Shown here piece after piece: positions 30,297 to 40,433 of a stretch of DNA of 64,000 nt. The stretch is from an uncultured Rubrivivax sp. Lineage in GTDB: Bacteria > Pseudomonadota > Gammaproteobacteria > Burkholderiales > Burkholderiaceae_C. Location of the stretch: the NCBI GenBank assembly GCA_964470565.1, contig CAYYDJ010000019.1, positions 15,472 through 79,471 of the forward strand, in the 5' to 3' direction. Both the position numbers and the translations under genes were made by a program. Position 1 is the stretch's first letter; each line of letters opens with the position of its first letter. Below the pieces are notes generated by a model. It was not told where the DNA came from and did no database searches. It worked only from the letters and a program-made list of their open reading frames with translations.

Positions 30297-33125
30297 ATGC
30301 GTGTTCATCCGCTGCCCCTGATGGCCGGCGCGCTGGCGCTGGCCGGCTGCGCCAACCTGCCCTCGTCGCCCACGGCCGCGCCGGTGGGTGTCGCGCCGGG
30401 CGCCATCGCCGCCGCGGCGGCGGCAGTCACCGCCTCCGCCGCCGCGGCCGGCCGGCCCGCCGCGGCGGTGGCCGTCGTCTCGGTGCCCGGCCAGCCGCAG
30501 CCTTTTGCCACCGTGATCAAGGACGCGCGCCGCATCGACGGCGGCCTGTTCACCGTCTGGCAAAAGGACGACAAGTTCTGGTTCGAGCTGGCGCCGCAGG
30601 ACTTCGACAAGGCCTTCGTCTTCGGCCCCAAGATCGCCCAGGGCATCGGCGAGAACAGCCTCTTCGGCGGCATGATGGTCGGCCGCTGGGGCAGCTTCGG
30701 CCGCCAGCAGATGGTGCAGTTCCGCCGCCTGCACAACCAGGTGCAGTTGCTGGCGCTCAACACCGCCTTCAGCGCGCCGGCCGACACGCCCGAAGGCCGC
30801 GCCGTGCGCGCCGCCTTCTCGCCCAGCCTGGTGGGCAGCAGCATGGTGGCCAGCCAGCCGCACCCGGATCGCCAGAGCGTGCTGGTCGAGGCCAACCCGA
30901 TCTTCCTGTCCGACCTGCTGGGCATGGCGATCAACCTGCAGCGCAGCTACCGCCAGAACTACGCCTTCGACCGCGCCAACTCGGCCATCACCGCGGTGCG
31001 CGGCAAGCCGGGCGAGCTGGTGTTCGAGGTGCAGGCCCACTACGCCAGCGCCGGCATCGCGGTGCCGCAGCCGGGCTCTGCGGCGCCGGCGGCAGCGCAG
31101 CCCACGCAGCCGCGCTCGCTGCCCGACGCGCGCAGCCTGTTCTTTGGCCTGCACTACGCCTTCGCCGCGCTGCCGGCGCAGGCCCTGCGGCCGCGCCCGG
31201 CCGATGCCCGCGTGGGCCACTTCACCACCAACGTCGCCAGCTTCGCCGACGACTTGGCGCGCACGCCGCAGCAGCGTTACGTCAACCGTTGGCGGCTGGA
31301 GAAGCAGGACCCGGCGGCCGCGCTGTCCGAGCCGGTCAAGCCCATCACCTTCTGGCTCGACCGCACGGTGCCGCTGAAGTACCGCGAGGCCATCACCCGC
31401 GGCGTGCTGGGCTGGAACGCGGCCTTCGAGAAGATCGGCTTCAAGAACGCGGTGGTCGTCAAGGTGCAGCCCGACGACGCCGACTTCGACACGCTGGACA
31501 TGGGCGTGGCCTCAATCCGCTGGATGACCAACTCGCAGCCCAGCTTCGGCGCCATCGGCCCCAGCCAGGTCGACCCGCGCAGCGGCGAGATCCTCGACGC
31601 CGACATCGCGTTCGAGAGCCTGTCGTCGCGCAATGTGCGCGCGTACCGCTCGCAGATCCTGAGCGGCGCGCCGGCCGGCGGCTGGGCGCTGCTGATGCAG
31701 CTGCCCGATGCGGCGCCGGTGGGCGTGGGCGCGGATGCGGCCGCGAACGCGGGCGACTTCGCGCCGCGCTTCAGGCTCGACGGCATGGCCTGCGGCTACG
31801 CCGACTTCGCCGCCGAGCAGCTGGCCTATGCGCTGGACGTGCTGGAAGCGCGCGGCGAGCTCGACCCCGACGGCCCCGAGGCCGAGCAGTTCGTGCTGGA
31901 CTACCTGACCGACACCACGCTGCACGAGGTGGGCCACACGCTGGGCTTGCGGCATAACTTCAGAAGCTCGCGCATCTACACCCGCGCGCAGATGAACGAC
32001 CCCGAGTTCGTGCGCAGCCACGGCCTGGCCGGCTCGGTGATGGAATACGCGCCGATCAACCTGGCCGAGCCCGGCGCGCGGCCAGTGCCGGGCTTCCAGA
32101 GCGTGCTGGGCCCGTACGACTACTGGGCCATCGAGTACGCCTACAAGCCGATGCCGCCGGGCACCACGCCGGCACAGGAGGCGGCCGAGCTGCAGCGCAT
32201 CGCCGCACGCAGCGCCGAGCCGCAGCTGGCCTACGGCACCGACGAGGACAACGGTCTCGGCATCGACCCCGACAGCCTGATCTTCGACCTCGGCGACGAC
32301 GCGGTGGGCTTCGCCCGCCAGCGGCTGGACATCGCGCGCGACCTGATCCAGCGCCAGTCCACGCGCGAGCTCAAGCCCAGCGCCGACTACAGCGTGCTGC
32401 GCCGCTCGGTGGGCTACGCGCTGCGCGAGATGGCGCGCGCCGGCGGCGTGCTGGCGCGGCAGATCGGCGGCGTGCGCACGCTGCGCGACTTTCCGGGCAG
32501 CGGGCGCGATCCGCTGCAGCCGGTGGAGGCCGCGTCGCAGCGCGCGGCGCTGGAGCAGATCTCGCGCCACTTCATGTCGGCCGATGCGGTGGTGGTGCCG
32601 GCGGCGCTGCAGCGCCGGCTGGCGCCCGACTTCGCCGAGCGCAGCGATTCGCTGTTCGGCGGCGAGAATGCCACCGTCACCGACTACGCGCCCGCCACCC
32701 AGCTGCTGGAGATGCAGCGCACGCTGCTGGCGCAGTTGATGAGCGACGGTGTCGCCCAGCGCCTGCTGGACAGCGTCAGCCGCGTGGTGCCGCCCGCGCA
32801 GGCCTTCCACCTGGCGGAGTTGTACGAGCGTCTGGGCCGCGACCTGTGGAGCGAGCTCGACGCCAAGGCCGGCGACATCCCGGCGCCGCGGCGCGAGCTG
32901 CAGCGCGACCATGCCACGCGCATCGCCGCCAGCCTGACGCGCCCTGCCGGCCAGGGCCGCGCCGACGCGCGTGCGCTGCTGCGGGTGCAGGCGCAAGGGC
33001 TGCTGGCGCGGCTGGACGCGGCGCAGCGCCGGCCGGGCATGAGCGCCGAGGCGCGCGCCCACCTGGCCGACGTGGCCGAGCAGTTGCGCCAGGCGCTGCA
33101 GGCACGCATCGCGCGGCCGGTGTAG
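30297..33125 (+). CDS. Zinc-dependent metalloprotease lipoprotein (DUF5117/DUF4953-type met-zincin), paralog 1
   Basis: Lipobox LALAGCAN and zinc motif HEVGHTLGLRHNF. The protein is 942 aa and its ATG lies 2 nt after the ettA stop. Confidence 0.8.
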   Translation: MRVHPLPLMAGALALAGCANLPSSPTAAPVGVAPGAIAAAAAAVTASAAAAGRPAAAVAVVSVPGQPQPFATVIKDARRIDGGLFTVWQKDDKFWFELAPQDFDKAFVFGPKIAQGIGENSLFGGMMVGRWGSFGRQQMVQFRRLHNQVQLLALNTAFSAPADTPEGRAVRAAFSPSLVGSSMVASQPHPDRQSVLVEANPIFLSDLLGMAINLQRSYRQNYAFDRANSAITAVRGKPGELVFEVQAHYASAGIAVPQPGSAAPAAAQPTQPRSLPDARSLFFGLHYAFAALPAQALRPRPADARVGHFTTNVASFADDLARTPQQRYVNRWRLEKQDPAAALSEPVKPITFWLDRTVPLKYREAITRGVLGWNAAFEKIGFKNAVVVKVQPDDADFDTLDMGVASIRWMTNSQPSFGAIGPSQVDPRSGEILDADIAFESLSSRNVRAYRSQILSGAPAGGWALLMQLPDAAPVGVGADAAANAGDFAPRFRLDGMACGYADFAAEQLAYALDVLEARGELDPDGPEAEQFVLDYLTDTTLHEVGHTLGLRHNFRSSRIYTRAQMNDPEFVRSHGLAGSVMEYAPINLAEPGARPVPGFQSVLGPYDYWAIEYAYKPMPPGTTPAQEAAELQRIAARSAEPQLAYGTDEDNGLGIDPDSLIFDLGDDAVGFARQRLDIARDLIQRQSTRELKPSADYSVLRRSVGYALREMARAGGVLARQIGGVRTLRDFPGSGRDPLQPVEAASQRAALEQISRHFMSADAVVVPAALQRRLAPDFAERSDSLFGGENATVTDYAPATQLLEMQRTLLAQLMSDGVAQRLLDSVSRVVPPAQAFHLAELYERLGRDLWSELDAKAGDIPAPRRELQRDHATRIAASLTRPAGQGRADARALLRVQAQGLLARLDAAQRRPGMSAEARAHLADVAEQLRQALQARIARPV

Positions 33126-33135
33126 GCGGCAGACC

Positions 33136-34143
33136 ATGGGCGCGGCGCGGGGGTCGAACACCGTGATGCCGCGCCCACGACTGCCGGCGCTGCTGTCCGC
33201 GCTGCTGGTCCTGGGCCTGCTGGTCGCCGGCTGCAGCCGCGGCGACGATGACGGCTGGTTCAGCGGTTATGCAGAAGCTGACCTGGTCTACGTCTCGGCC
33301 GCCGCCGCCGGCACGCTGCGCCAGGTGGCTGTGCAGCGCGGCGACGCGGTACGCCAGGGCCAGCCGCTGTTCGCGCTGGACACCGATGCGGAAAGCCTCG
33401 GCCTGGCCGGCGCCGCGGCACGCCAGCAGCAGGCGCAAGCGCAGGCGGCCGACCTGACCAAGGGCCGGCGCCCGGCGGAGATCAGCGCGATCGACGCCCA
33501 GATCGCCCAGGCGCGCGCGGCGCTGACGGCCTCGTCCGCGGCGCTGCAGCGCCAGCAGCGGCTGGTGGAGCAGGGCTTCATCTCGGCGCTCAAGCTGGAC
33601 GAGCTGAAGGCCGCCCGCGACGCCGACCAGGCGCACCTGGCCGAGCTGCAGGCCCAGCGCACGCTGGCGCTGGAGGCCTCGCGCAGCGACCAGGTGGCCG
33701 CCGCCGCGGCCGCCGCGCAAGGCGCCGCGGCCGACACCGGCCTGGCGCGCTGGCGCGAAGACCAGCGCCGGCGCGTCGCGCCGCAGGACGCCCAGGTCTA
33801 CGACGTGCTGTACCGCCCCGGCGAATGGGTGGGCGCCGGCACGCCGGTGGTGGCGCTGCTGCCGCCACAGGCGCTGAAGGTGCGCTTCTTCGTGCCGCAG
33901 GCGCAGCTGGCCGCGCTGCGCGTCGGCCAGGCGCTGGCGCTGCGCTGCGACGGCTGCCCGCCGGGGCTGACGGCGCGCCTGCGCTGGCTGTCGCCGCTGG
34001 CCGAGTACACGCCGCCGGTGATCTACAGCAACGCCAGCCGCGCCAAGCTGGTGTTCATGGCCGAGGCCGTGCCTGACGACGCGGCGCGCGCGGTCATCAA
34101 GCCGGGGCAGCCGCTGGAGCTGCGGCCCGCGGCCGGCGCCTGA
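33136..34143 (+). CDS. HlyD-family periplasmic adaptor of ABC-2 exporter
   Basis: Lipoyl-like motif VSAAAAGTLRQVAVQRGDAVRQGQPLFALD, a coiled coil and YTPPVIYS. The N-terminus carries a lipobox-like LLVAGCS. An alternative ATG lies at 33166. Confidence 0.8.
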   Translation: MGAARGSNTVMPRPRLPALLSALLVLGLLVAGCSRGDDDGWFSGYAEADLVYVSAAAAGTLRQVAVQRGDAVRQGQPLFALDTDAESLGLAGAAARQQQAQAQAADLTKGRRPAEISAIDAQIAQARAALTASSAALQRQQRLVEQGFISALKLDELKAARDADQAHLAELQAQRTLALEASRSDQVAAAAAAAQGAAADTGLARWREDQRRRVAPQDAQVYDVLYRPGEWVGAGTPVVALLPPQALKVRFFVPQAQLAALRVGQALALRCDGCPPGLTARLRWLSPLAEYTPPVIYSNASRAKLVFMAEAVPDDAARAVIKPGQPLELRPAAGA

Positions 34144-34151
34144 ACCGCACC

Positions 34152-35093
34152 GTGAGCGACGCCGCCGCCGCCGCCGCTGCCGAGCCGGCCATCGAGGTGC
34201 GCGGCCTGAGCAAGCGCTTCGGCAACCGCACCGTCGTCGACCACATCGACATCCGCGTCGAGCGCGGCGAGATCTGCGGCTTCCTGGGGCCCAACGGCAG
34301 CGGCAAGACCACCACCATCCGCATGCTGTGTGGGCTGTTGCAGCCCGACGCCGGCGAGGGCCGCTGCCTGGGCTTGGACATCCGCCGCGACGCCACGCGC
34401 ATCAAGCGCCGCGTGGGCTACATGACGCAGCGCTTCGGCCTCTATGAAGACTTGTCGATCGCCGAGAACCTGGACTTCATCGCCCGCGCCTACGGCATGG
34501 CCGACCGTGCCGCCGTGGTCGACGCGGCGCTGCAGCGCCTGGGGCTGGCGGCGCGGCGCGACCAGCTCGCGGGCGCGCTGTCGGGCGGCTGGAAGCAGCG
34601 CCTGGCGCTGGCCGGCTGCCTGCTGCACCAGCCCGAGCTGCTGCTGCTGGACGAACCCACCGCCGGCGTCGACCCAAAGGCGCGGCGCGACTTCTGGCAG
34701 CAGATCCACGAGCTGGCGGCGCAAGGCATGACGGTGCTGGTCAGCACGCACTACATGGACGAGGCCGAGCGCTGCCACCGCCTGGCCTACATCCTGGACG
34801 GCCGGCTGCTGGCCAGCGGCAGCATCGACGAGGTCATCGCGGCGGCGCAGCTGCAGACCTGGGAGCTGCGCGGCAGCGAGCTGGCCGCTGCCGCCGCGCG
34901 CATCGGTGCCGCCGGGCCCTGGCGCGTGGTGGTCTTCGGCGCCGCGCTGCACGTCAGCGCCGCGGCCGGCAACGACCTGCCGGCCTGGCTGGCGCAGCAG
35001 GGCCTGGCGGGGCGCTGGGACGTGCGGCCCATCGCCACCGGGCTGGAGGACGTGTTCATCGCCCTCACCGAGCAGGCCGGCGAGCATGGCTGA
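34152..35093 (+). CDS. ABC transporter ATP-binding protein (ABC-2 type)
   Basis: GTG start. Walker A is GPNGSGKTT, the signature is LSGGWKQRL and Walker B is LLLLDEPTAGVD. Confidence 0.88.
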   Translation: MSDAAAAAAAEPAIEVRGLSKRFGNRTVVDHIDIRVERGEICGFLGPNGSGKTTTIRMLCGLLQPDAGEGRCLGLDIRRDATRIKRRVGYMTQRFGLYEDLSIAENLDFIARAYGMADRAAVVDAALQRLGLAARRDQLAGALSGGWKQRLALAGCLLHQPELLLLDEPTAGVDPKARRDFWQQIHELAAQGMTVLVSTHYMDEAERCHRLAYILDGRLLASGSIDEVIAAAQLQTWELRGSELAAAAARIGAAGPWRVVVFGAALHVSAAAGNDLPAWLAQQGLAGRWDVRPIATGLEDVFIALTEQAGEHG

Positions 35094-36228
35094 AGCGCGC
35101 GGCTCGTCGTGGGGCCGCGTCATCGCGGTGCTGCGCAAGGAGCTGATCCAGCTGCGCCGCGACCGCCTGACCTTCGCCATGCTGATCGGCGTGCCGCTGA
35201 TGCAGCTGCTGTTGTTCGGCTATGCGATCAACGGCGATCCGCACCACCTGCCCACCGCCGTGGTGGCGCACGAGCAGTCGCCGTTCGTGCGCAGCATCGT
35301 GCGCGCGGCCGAGAACAGCGGCTACTTCCGCGTCACCGAAACGCTCAGCGAGCGAGCCGCCGAGCGCGCGCTGGCCGAAGGCCGCGTGCAGTTCGTGCTG
35401 GTGTTCCCGGCCGACTTCACGCGCCGCGTGCTGCGCGGCGAACGGCCGGCGATGGCGGTCTACGCCGACGCCACCGACCCCGCCGCCACCGGCCCCGCCA
35501 CCGCGGCGCTGCAGGCGCTGGTGCCGCTGGCGCTGGCGCACGACCTGCAGGGCGCGGCCGGCGCGCGGGTGGCCGTCGGCGGCGCGCCCTTCGAGCTGCG
35601 CCTGCACCGCCGCTACAACCCCGAGGGCCTGTCGGCCTACAACGTGGTGCCGGGGCTGATGGGCGTGATCCTGACGATGACGCTGGTGATGATGACCTCG
35701 ATGGCGATGACGCGCGAGCGCGAGCGCGGCACGCTGGAGAACCTGCTGGCCACGCCGGTGCGGCCGCTGGAGATGATGCTGGGCAAGATCCTGCCCTACG
35801 TGCTGATCGGCTACGCGCAGGTGCTGCTGATCTTCGTTGCCGCGCGCTGGCTGTTCGACGTGCCGATGGCCGGCAGCGTGCTGCTGCTGGCCGCCGCGGT
35901 GCTGCTGTTCATCGTCGCCACGCTGACCGTGGGCTTCACCTTCTCGACGCTGGCCAAGTCGCAGATGCAGTCGATGCAGATGACGATGTTTTACTTCCTG
36001 CCCAACATCCTGCTGTCGGGCTTCATGTTTCCGTTCCGCGGCATGCCCGGCTGGGCGCAGGCGATCGGCGAGCTGCTGCCGCTGACGCACTTCCTGCGCA
36101 TCGTGCGCGCGGTCATGCTCAAGGGCTCGGGCGCCGCCGACATCGCCGCCGAGGCCGGCGCGATCGCCGCCTTCGCGCTGGTGGCAGGCGCCGTCGCGAT
36201 GGCGCGCTACCGACAGACCCTTGATTGA
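35086..36228 (+). CDS. ABC-2 type transporter permease
   Basis: MAEARGSSWGRVIAVLRKELIQLRRDR, with six hydrophobic segments. It overlaps the ATPase gene by 8 nt. Confidence 0.85.
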   Translation: MAEARGSSWGRVIAVLRKELIQLRRDRLTFAMLIGVPLMQLLLFGYAINGDPHHLPTAVVAHEQSPFVRSIVRAAENSGYFRVTETLSERAAERALAEGRVQFVLVFPADFTRRVLRGERPAMAVYADATDPAATGPATAALQALVPLALAHDLQGAAGARVAVGGAPFELRLHRRYNPEGLSAYNVVPGLMGVILTMTLVMMTSMAMTRERERGTLENLLATPVRPLEMMLGKILPYVLIGYAQVLLIFVAARWLFDVPMAGSVLLLAAAVLLFIVATLTVGFTFSTLAKSQMQSMQMTMFYFLPNILLSGFMFPFRGMPGWAQAIGELLPLTHFLRIVRAVMLKGSGAADIAAEAGAIAAFALVAGAVAMARYRQTLD

Positions 36229-36357
36229 AGAATGGGCCCACCCCCGAAGCGCCTTCGGCGCTCCCCCTCAAGGGGGCGCCCCCGGCGGACCGGCAAAGCC
36301 GGATCCGCGGCGGCCGCTTGGTTGCACCCGATGCATGCGATACGGCAATGGCCGACA

Positions 36358-39282
36358 ATGTCGGCCCCGCTCGTCGCCGCCAGGTTCGCTCGCATGGTCG
36401 TCGCCACTTTTCGTTTCGTGATGCCAGCCCTGGGCCTGCTGCTGACCGCCGGCTGCGCCAGCCTGGCGCCGGGGTCCAAGCCGGCTCAGACGGCGGCGGC
36501 GCCGGCCGCTGCCGCGCCGGTGGCCGCGCCCACCGCGGTGCCGCCGGCCAACGCCGCGGCACTGGCCGCACTGGCCGGCGCGCGGCCGGGCTCGGCGCCG
36601 GTGGCTGGCCTGCCGACGCCGCAGCCGCCGGCGGCCGGCACGCCGCCGCCCTTCGGCACCGTGGTCAAGGACGCGCGCCGCATCGACGGCCCCATCACCG
36701 CCTGGCAGAAGGACGAAAAGATCTGGCTCGAACTGCGGCCCGATCAGCTCGGCAAGCCCTTCCTCTTCACGCCCAAGATCCGCCAGGGCATCGGCGAGGG
36801 CCTGCTGCTCGGCGGGCTGATGACCTACGCCACCGCCGGCGCCGGCGGCCCCAACGTGGTGGAGTTCGTGCGCGTGCACAACACCATCCGGCTGCAGGCG
36901 CGCAACGTCGAAGTCACGGCCCGCGAGGGCACGCCCGAGCAGCGCGCGGTGCAAAGCTCGTACTCCAACAGCCTGCTGGGCGCCGCCGCGGTGGCCAGCC
37001 AGCCGCACCCGGACCGCAAGAGCATCCTGATCGACGCCACGCCGCTGTTCCTGTACGACATGGCCGGCATCGGCATGCAACTGCAGCGCTTGTTCCGCCA
37101 GGGCTATTCGCAGGACCGCGGCAACTCGCTGATCACCGCGGTGCGAGGCACCGACTCGGCGCTGATCGTCGAGACCGAGACCCACTGGTTCACCGGCAGC
37201 GTCAGCGCCGGCGCGCCGATGTCGCCGCTGGCCGCGCTGGCCGGCGTGGCGCCGTCCACCGTGCCGCGCTGGCTGCCCGACACGCGCAGCCTGCTGATCG
37301 GCCAGCACCTGTCGCTGACGCCGCTGCCCGAGCAGCCGATGGCCACCCGCCGTGCCGACCCGCGCGTGGGCTTCTTCACCACGCGCGTGATGGACTTCAG
37401 CGACGACCTCTCGCGCACCCCGGCGCGGCGCTACATCACGCGCTGGCGGCTGGAGAAGAAGGATCCGGCGGCCGAGCAATCCGAGCCGGTCAAGCCCATC
37501 ACCTTCTGGATCGACCGCAACGTGCCGCTGGCCTACCGCGAGACCGTGCGCAGCGCGATCCTCGAATGGAACAAGGCCTTCGAGAAGATCGGCTTCAAGG
37601 ACGCGATCAGGGTTGAGCAGCAGGCCGACGACGCGCGCTTCGACACCCTGGACCCCGGCTACCCCTCGGTGCGCTGGCTGATGAGCGCCGAGCCCGGCAT
37701 CACCGCCATCGGCCAGACCCAGATCGACCCGCGCAGCGGCGAGATCGTCGATGCCGACATCTCCTTCGAAGGCCTGTTTACGCGGGCGCAGCGTTATGCA
37801 CGCACCCAGCTGCTGGCCGCCCGTGCGGCGCGCGGCGATGCGCGCGAAGCGCATCCGCAGCCCTTCGCGCAGCCAATCGTGTTGCCCGGCCTGCTGCCCG
37901 GCCTGCTGCCGCCCGCGGCCGACGACGCCGCCGCCGCCGGCGAGGCGCCCGACCACGCCTGGTGCCGCTACGGCGACGCCGTCGCCGAGCAGGCGCAGTA
38001 CGCGCTGGACCTGATGGAAGCGCGCGGTGACCTGGAGCCCAACAGCCCCGAGGCGCAGCAGTTCGTGCTGGACTACGTGAAGGACACCGTGATGCACGAG
38101 GTGGGCCACGCCCTGGGGCTGCGGCACAACTTCCGCGCCTCGCGCGTGTACTCCGAGGCGCAGCTGGCCGACCCGGAGTTCACGCGCAGCCACGGCACCA
38201 CCGGCTCGGTGATGGAATACAACGCGATCAACCTGGCGCTGCCCGGCCACCACGGCGGCGTGCCCTTCCAGTTGACGCTGGGGCCTTACGACTACTGGGC
38301 GATCGAATACGCCTACAAGCCGCTGCCGCCGGGCGCGAACGCGGCCGCCGAAGAGGCGCAGCTGCAGGCCGTGGCCGGCCGCAGCAACGAGCCGCTGCTG
38401 GCCTACGGCACGGATGAAGACGCCTACTTCGGCATCGACGCCGAGACCATCCAGTTCGACCTCGGCGCCGACCCGCTGGCCTTTGCGCGCAAGCGGCTGG
38501 CGATCGCGCGCGAGGTCTTCCAGCGCCAGGAGACGCGCGAGCTGCCGGCCGACCGCGACTATTCGGTGCTGCGCCGCGCGCTCAACTACGCGCTGGCCGA
38601 CGCCACGCGCGCCCTGGGCGTGCTGGTGCGCCAGCTCGGCGGCCTGCGCACGCTGCGCGACTACCCCGGCAGCGGCCGCGACCCGCTGGAGCCCGTGCCC
38701 ACCGCGCTGCAGCGCCAGGCCTTCGACGCCATCGTCGGCGCGGTGTTCGCGCCCGACGGCTTCCGCGTCTCGTCGGGCCTGCAGCGCCGCCTGGCGCCCG
38801 ACTACCTCGACCGGGCCGAGATCCCCGGCCTGCCGATCGACTACAACGTGCCGCAGCGTCTGCTGGACCTGCAGCGCGCGGTGCTGGCCTACCTGATGAG
38901 CGACCAGCTCGCCACGCGGCTGATGGACGCCAACGGCAAGCTCGAACCCGGCGCCGCAGCCTTCGACCTGCCCGAGATCTACCAGCGCCTGAGCGACGTG
39001 CTGTGGTCCGACCTCGGCACCACCGAGGCGCTGCCACTGGCCCGGCGCGAGCTGCAGCGCGACCACGTCAACCGCCTGGCCTTCGCGCTGCTGCGTCCCA
39101 CGCCCGGTGGCCGCGCCGACGCCCGCAGCGCGCAGCGCAAGCAGGCGCAGCAACTGCTCAAGCGGCTGGAAGCCACGCTGCGCCATCCGCCGGCCGACGA
39201 GGCGACCCGGCTGCACCTGTCCGACAGCGCCGACTCGCTGCGCCAGGCGCTGTCGGCCAAGCTGCCGCGGCTGGGGATCTGA
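36358..39282 (+). CDS. Zinc-dependent metalloprotease lipoprotein, paralog 2
   Basis: Collinear with the 30297 gene along its whole length. The zinc motif is HEVGHALGLRHNF and the lipobox is LLLTAGCAS. The start is uncertain (ATG at 36331, 36358, 36391 or 36421). Confidence 0.78.
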   Translation: MSAPLVAARFARMVVATFRFVMPALGLLLTAGCASLAPGSKPAQTAAAPAAAAPVAAPTAVPPANAAALAALAGARPGSAPVAGLPTPQPPAAGTPPPFGTVVKDARRIDGPITAWQKDEKIWLELRPDQLGKPFLFTPKIRQGIGEGLLLGGLMTYATAGAGGPNVVEFVRVHNTIRLQARNVEVTAREGTPEQRAVQSSYSNSLLGAAAVASQPHPDRKSILIDATPLFLYDMAGIGMQLQRLFRQGYSQDRGNSLITAVRGTDSALIVETETHWFTGSVSAGAPMSPLAALAGVAPSTVPRWLPDTRSLLIGQHLSLTPLPEQPMATRRADPRVGFFTTRVMDFSDDLSRTPARRYITRWRLEKKDPAAEQSEPVKPITFWIDRNVPLAYRETVRSAILEWNKAFEKIGFKDAIRVEQQADDARFDTLDPGYPSVRWLMSAEPGITAIGQTQIDPRSGEIVDADISFEGLFTRAQRYARTQLLAARAARGDAREAHPQPFAQPIVLPGLLPGLLPPAADDAAAAGEAPDHAWCRYGDAVAEQAQYALDLMEARGDLEPNSPEAQQFVLDYVKDTVMHEVGHALGLRHNFRASRVYSEAQLADPEFTRSHGTTGSVMEYNAINLALPGHHGGVPFQLTLGPYDYWAIEYAYKPLPPGANAAAEEAQLQAVAGRSNEPLLAYGTDEDAYFGIDAETIQFDLGADPLAFARKRLAIAREVFQRQETRELPADRDYSVLRRALNYALADATRALGVLVRQLGGLRTLRDYPGSGRDPLEPVPTALQRQAFDAIVGAVFAPDGFRVSSGLQRRLAPDYLDRAEIPGLPIDYNVPQRLLDLQRAVLAYLMSDQLATRLMDANGKLEPGAAAFDLPEIYQRLSDVLWSDLGTTEALPLARRELQRDHVNRLAFALLRPTPGGRADARSAQRKQAQQLLKRLEATLRHPPADEATRLHLSDSADSLRQALSAKLPRLGI

Positions 39283-39669
39283 TCAGCGGAACACCAGCAG
39301 CCGGTACGCCAGGTAGACCACGAAGGTCAGCACGATGGTGGTGACCGCCTGCGCCCACCACACCGGCAGGCCCAGCGCCAGCAAGGCCTGCAGCAGCAGC
39401 GCGTTGGCGACGAACTGCACGGCCAGCAGCAGCAGGAAGCGCGGCAGCGCCGCGCGCATGCTGCCGCTGGGCGCATAGACGTGGAAGTAGGCGGTATAAA
39501 AGCGCGTCACGGCACCCCCGGCGAAGCCCAGCGCGCTGGCCGCCACCGGATGCAGCCCGCCCTTCATCGCCAGTGCCATCAACGCATAGTGCACCGCCAC
39601 CGCCAGCAAGCCGGTGGCCACGTGCAGCACGAAGCGCCAGAGCCAGTCGCGCCAGCCGGCCGGCTTCAT
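39283..39669 (-). CDS. GtrA family membrane protein (polyprenol-sugar flippase-like)
   Basis: 128 aa with four TM segments. Recognisable motifs are GFAGGAVTRFY and YRLLVF. Confidence 0.7.
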   Translation of the reverse strand: MKPAGWRDWLWRFVLHVATGLLAVAVHYALMALAMKGGLHPVAASALGFAGGAVTRFYTAYFHVYAPSGSMRAALPRFLLLLAVQFVANALLLQALLALGLPVWWAQAVTTIVLTFVVYLAYRLLVFR

Positions 39670-39671
39670 CG

Positions 39672-40433
39672 TCACGGCGGGCCGCCGCCCGGGCGCCGCT
39701 GCAGCCGCGGGTCCTGCCGCAGGCCCAGCCGCCACAGCAGGCCGCCGAGGCTGACCTTCAGCACCCCCAGGCCGTAGCTGACCGAGCGGCGGAAGTTGAT
39801 CGAGCTGGCCTCGTCGAAGTACTTGGTGGGTACCGAGATCTCGCCGACGCGCCAACCGCCCAGGATCACCTGCGCGAGGATCTGGTTGTCGAACACGAAG
39901 TCGTCGGAGTTCTCGCGCCAGCGCACGTGTTCGAGCAACTGGCGCGAATAGGCGCGGTAACCGGTGTGGTACTCCGACAGCTTGGCGCCCAGCAGCAGGT
40001 TTTGCGTCGCCGTGAGGATGCGGTTGGCCACGTACTTCCACCCGGGCATGCCGCCGGCCAGCGCGCCGCCGCCGAGGACGCGCGAGCCGATCACCGCGTC
40101 GTAGACGCCCGAGGCGACCATGCCGGCCATCGCCGTCACCAGGCGCGGCTCGTACTGGTAGTCGGGGTGCACCATCACCACGATGTCGGCGCCCGCGGCC
40201 AGCGCCAGCGTGTAGCAGGTCTTCTGGTTGCCGCCATAACCCCGGTTCTGCGCATGCACGTGGACCTCGATGCCCAGGCGGCGCGCCACGGCCACGGTGT
40301 CGTCGTGGCTGGCATCGTCGACCAGCAGCACGCGGTCGATCAACGCCAGCGGCAGCCCGCGGTAGGTGGCCTCCACGGTGCGTGCGGCGCGGTAGGCCGG
40401 CATCACGACGACGAGGCGCTGGCCGTCGATCAC
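39672..40433 (-). CDS. Family 2 glycosyltransferase (polyprenol-phosphate glycosyltransferase, GtrB/ArnC-like)
   Basis: GTG start with an AAGGAG Shine-Dalgarno sequence, overlapping the upstream stop as GTGA. Recognisable motifs are [25 protein letters not shown] and NRGYGGNQK. Confidence 0.8.
   Translation of the reverse strand: MIDGQRLVVVMPAYRAARTVEATYRGLPLALIDRVLLVDDASHDDTVAVARRLGIEVHVHAQNRGYGGNQKTCYTLALAAGADIVVMVHPDYQYEPRLVTAMAGMVASGVYDAVIGSRVLGGGALAGGMPGWKYVANRILTATQNLLLGAKLSEYHTGYRAYSRQLLEHVRWRENSDDFVFDNQILAQVILGGWRVGEISVPTKYFDEASSINFRRSVSYGLGVLKVSLGGLLWRLGLRQDPRLQRRPGGGPP

Noticed and set aside
39276-39289. CTGATCAG palindrome formed by the abutting convergent stop codons of protease paralog 2 and gtrA.
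   Set aside because: It is explained by TGA immediately followed by TCA on opposite strands. It is too short to indicate a regulatory site.
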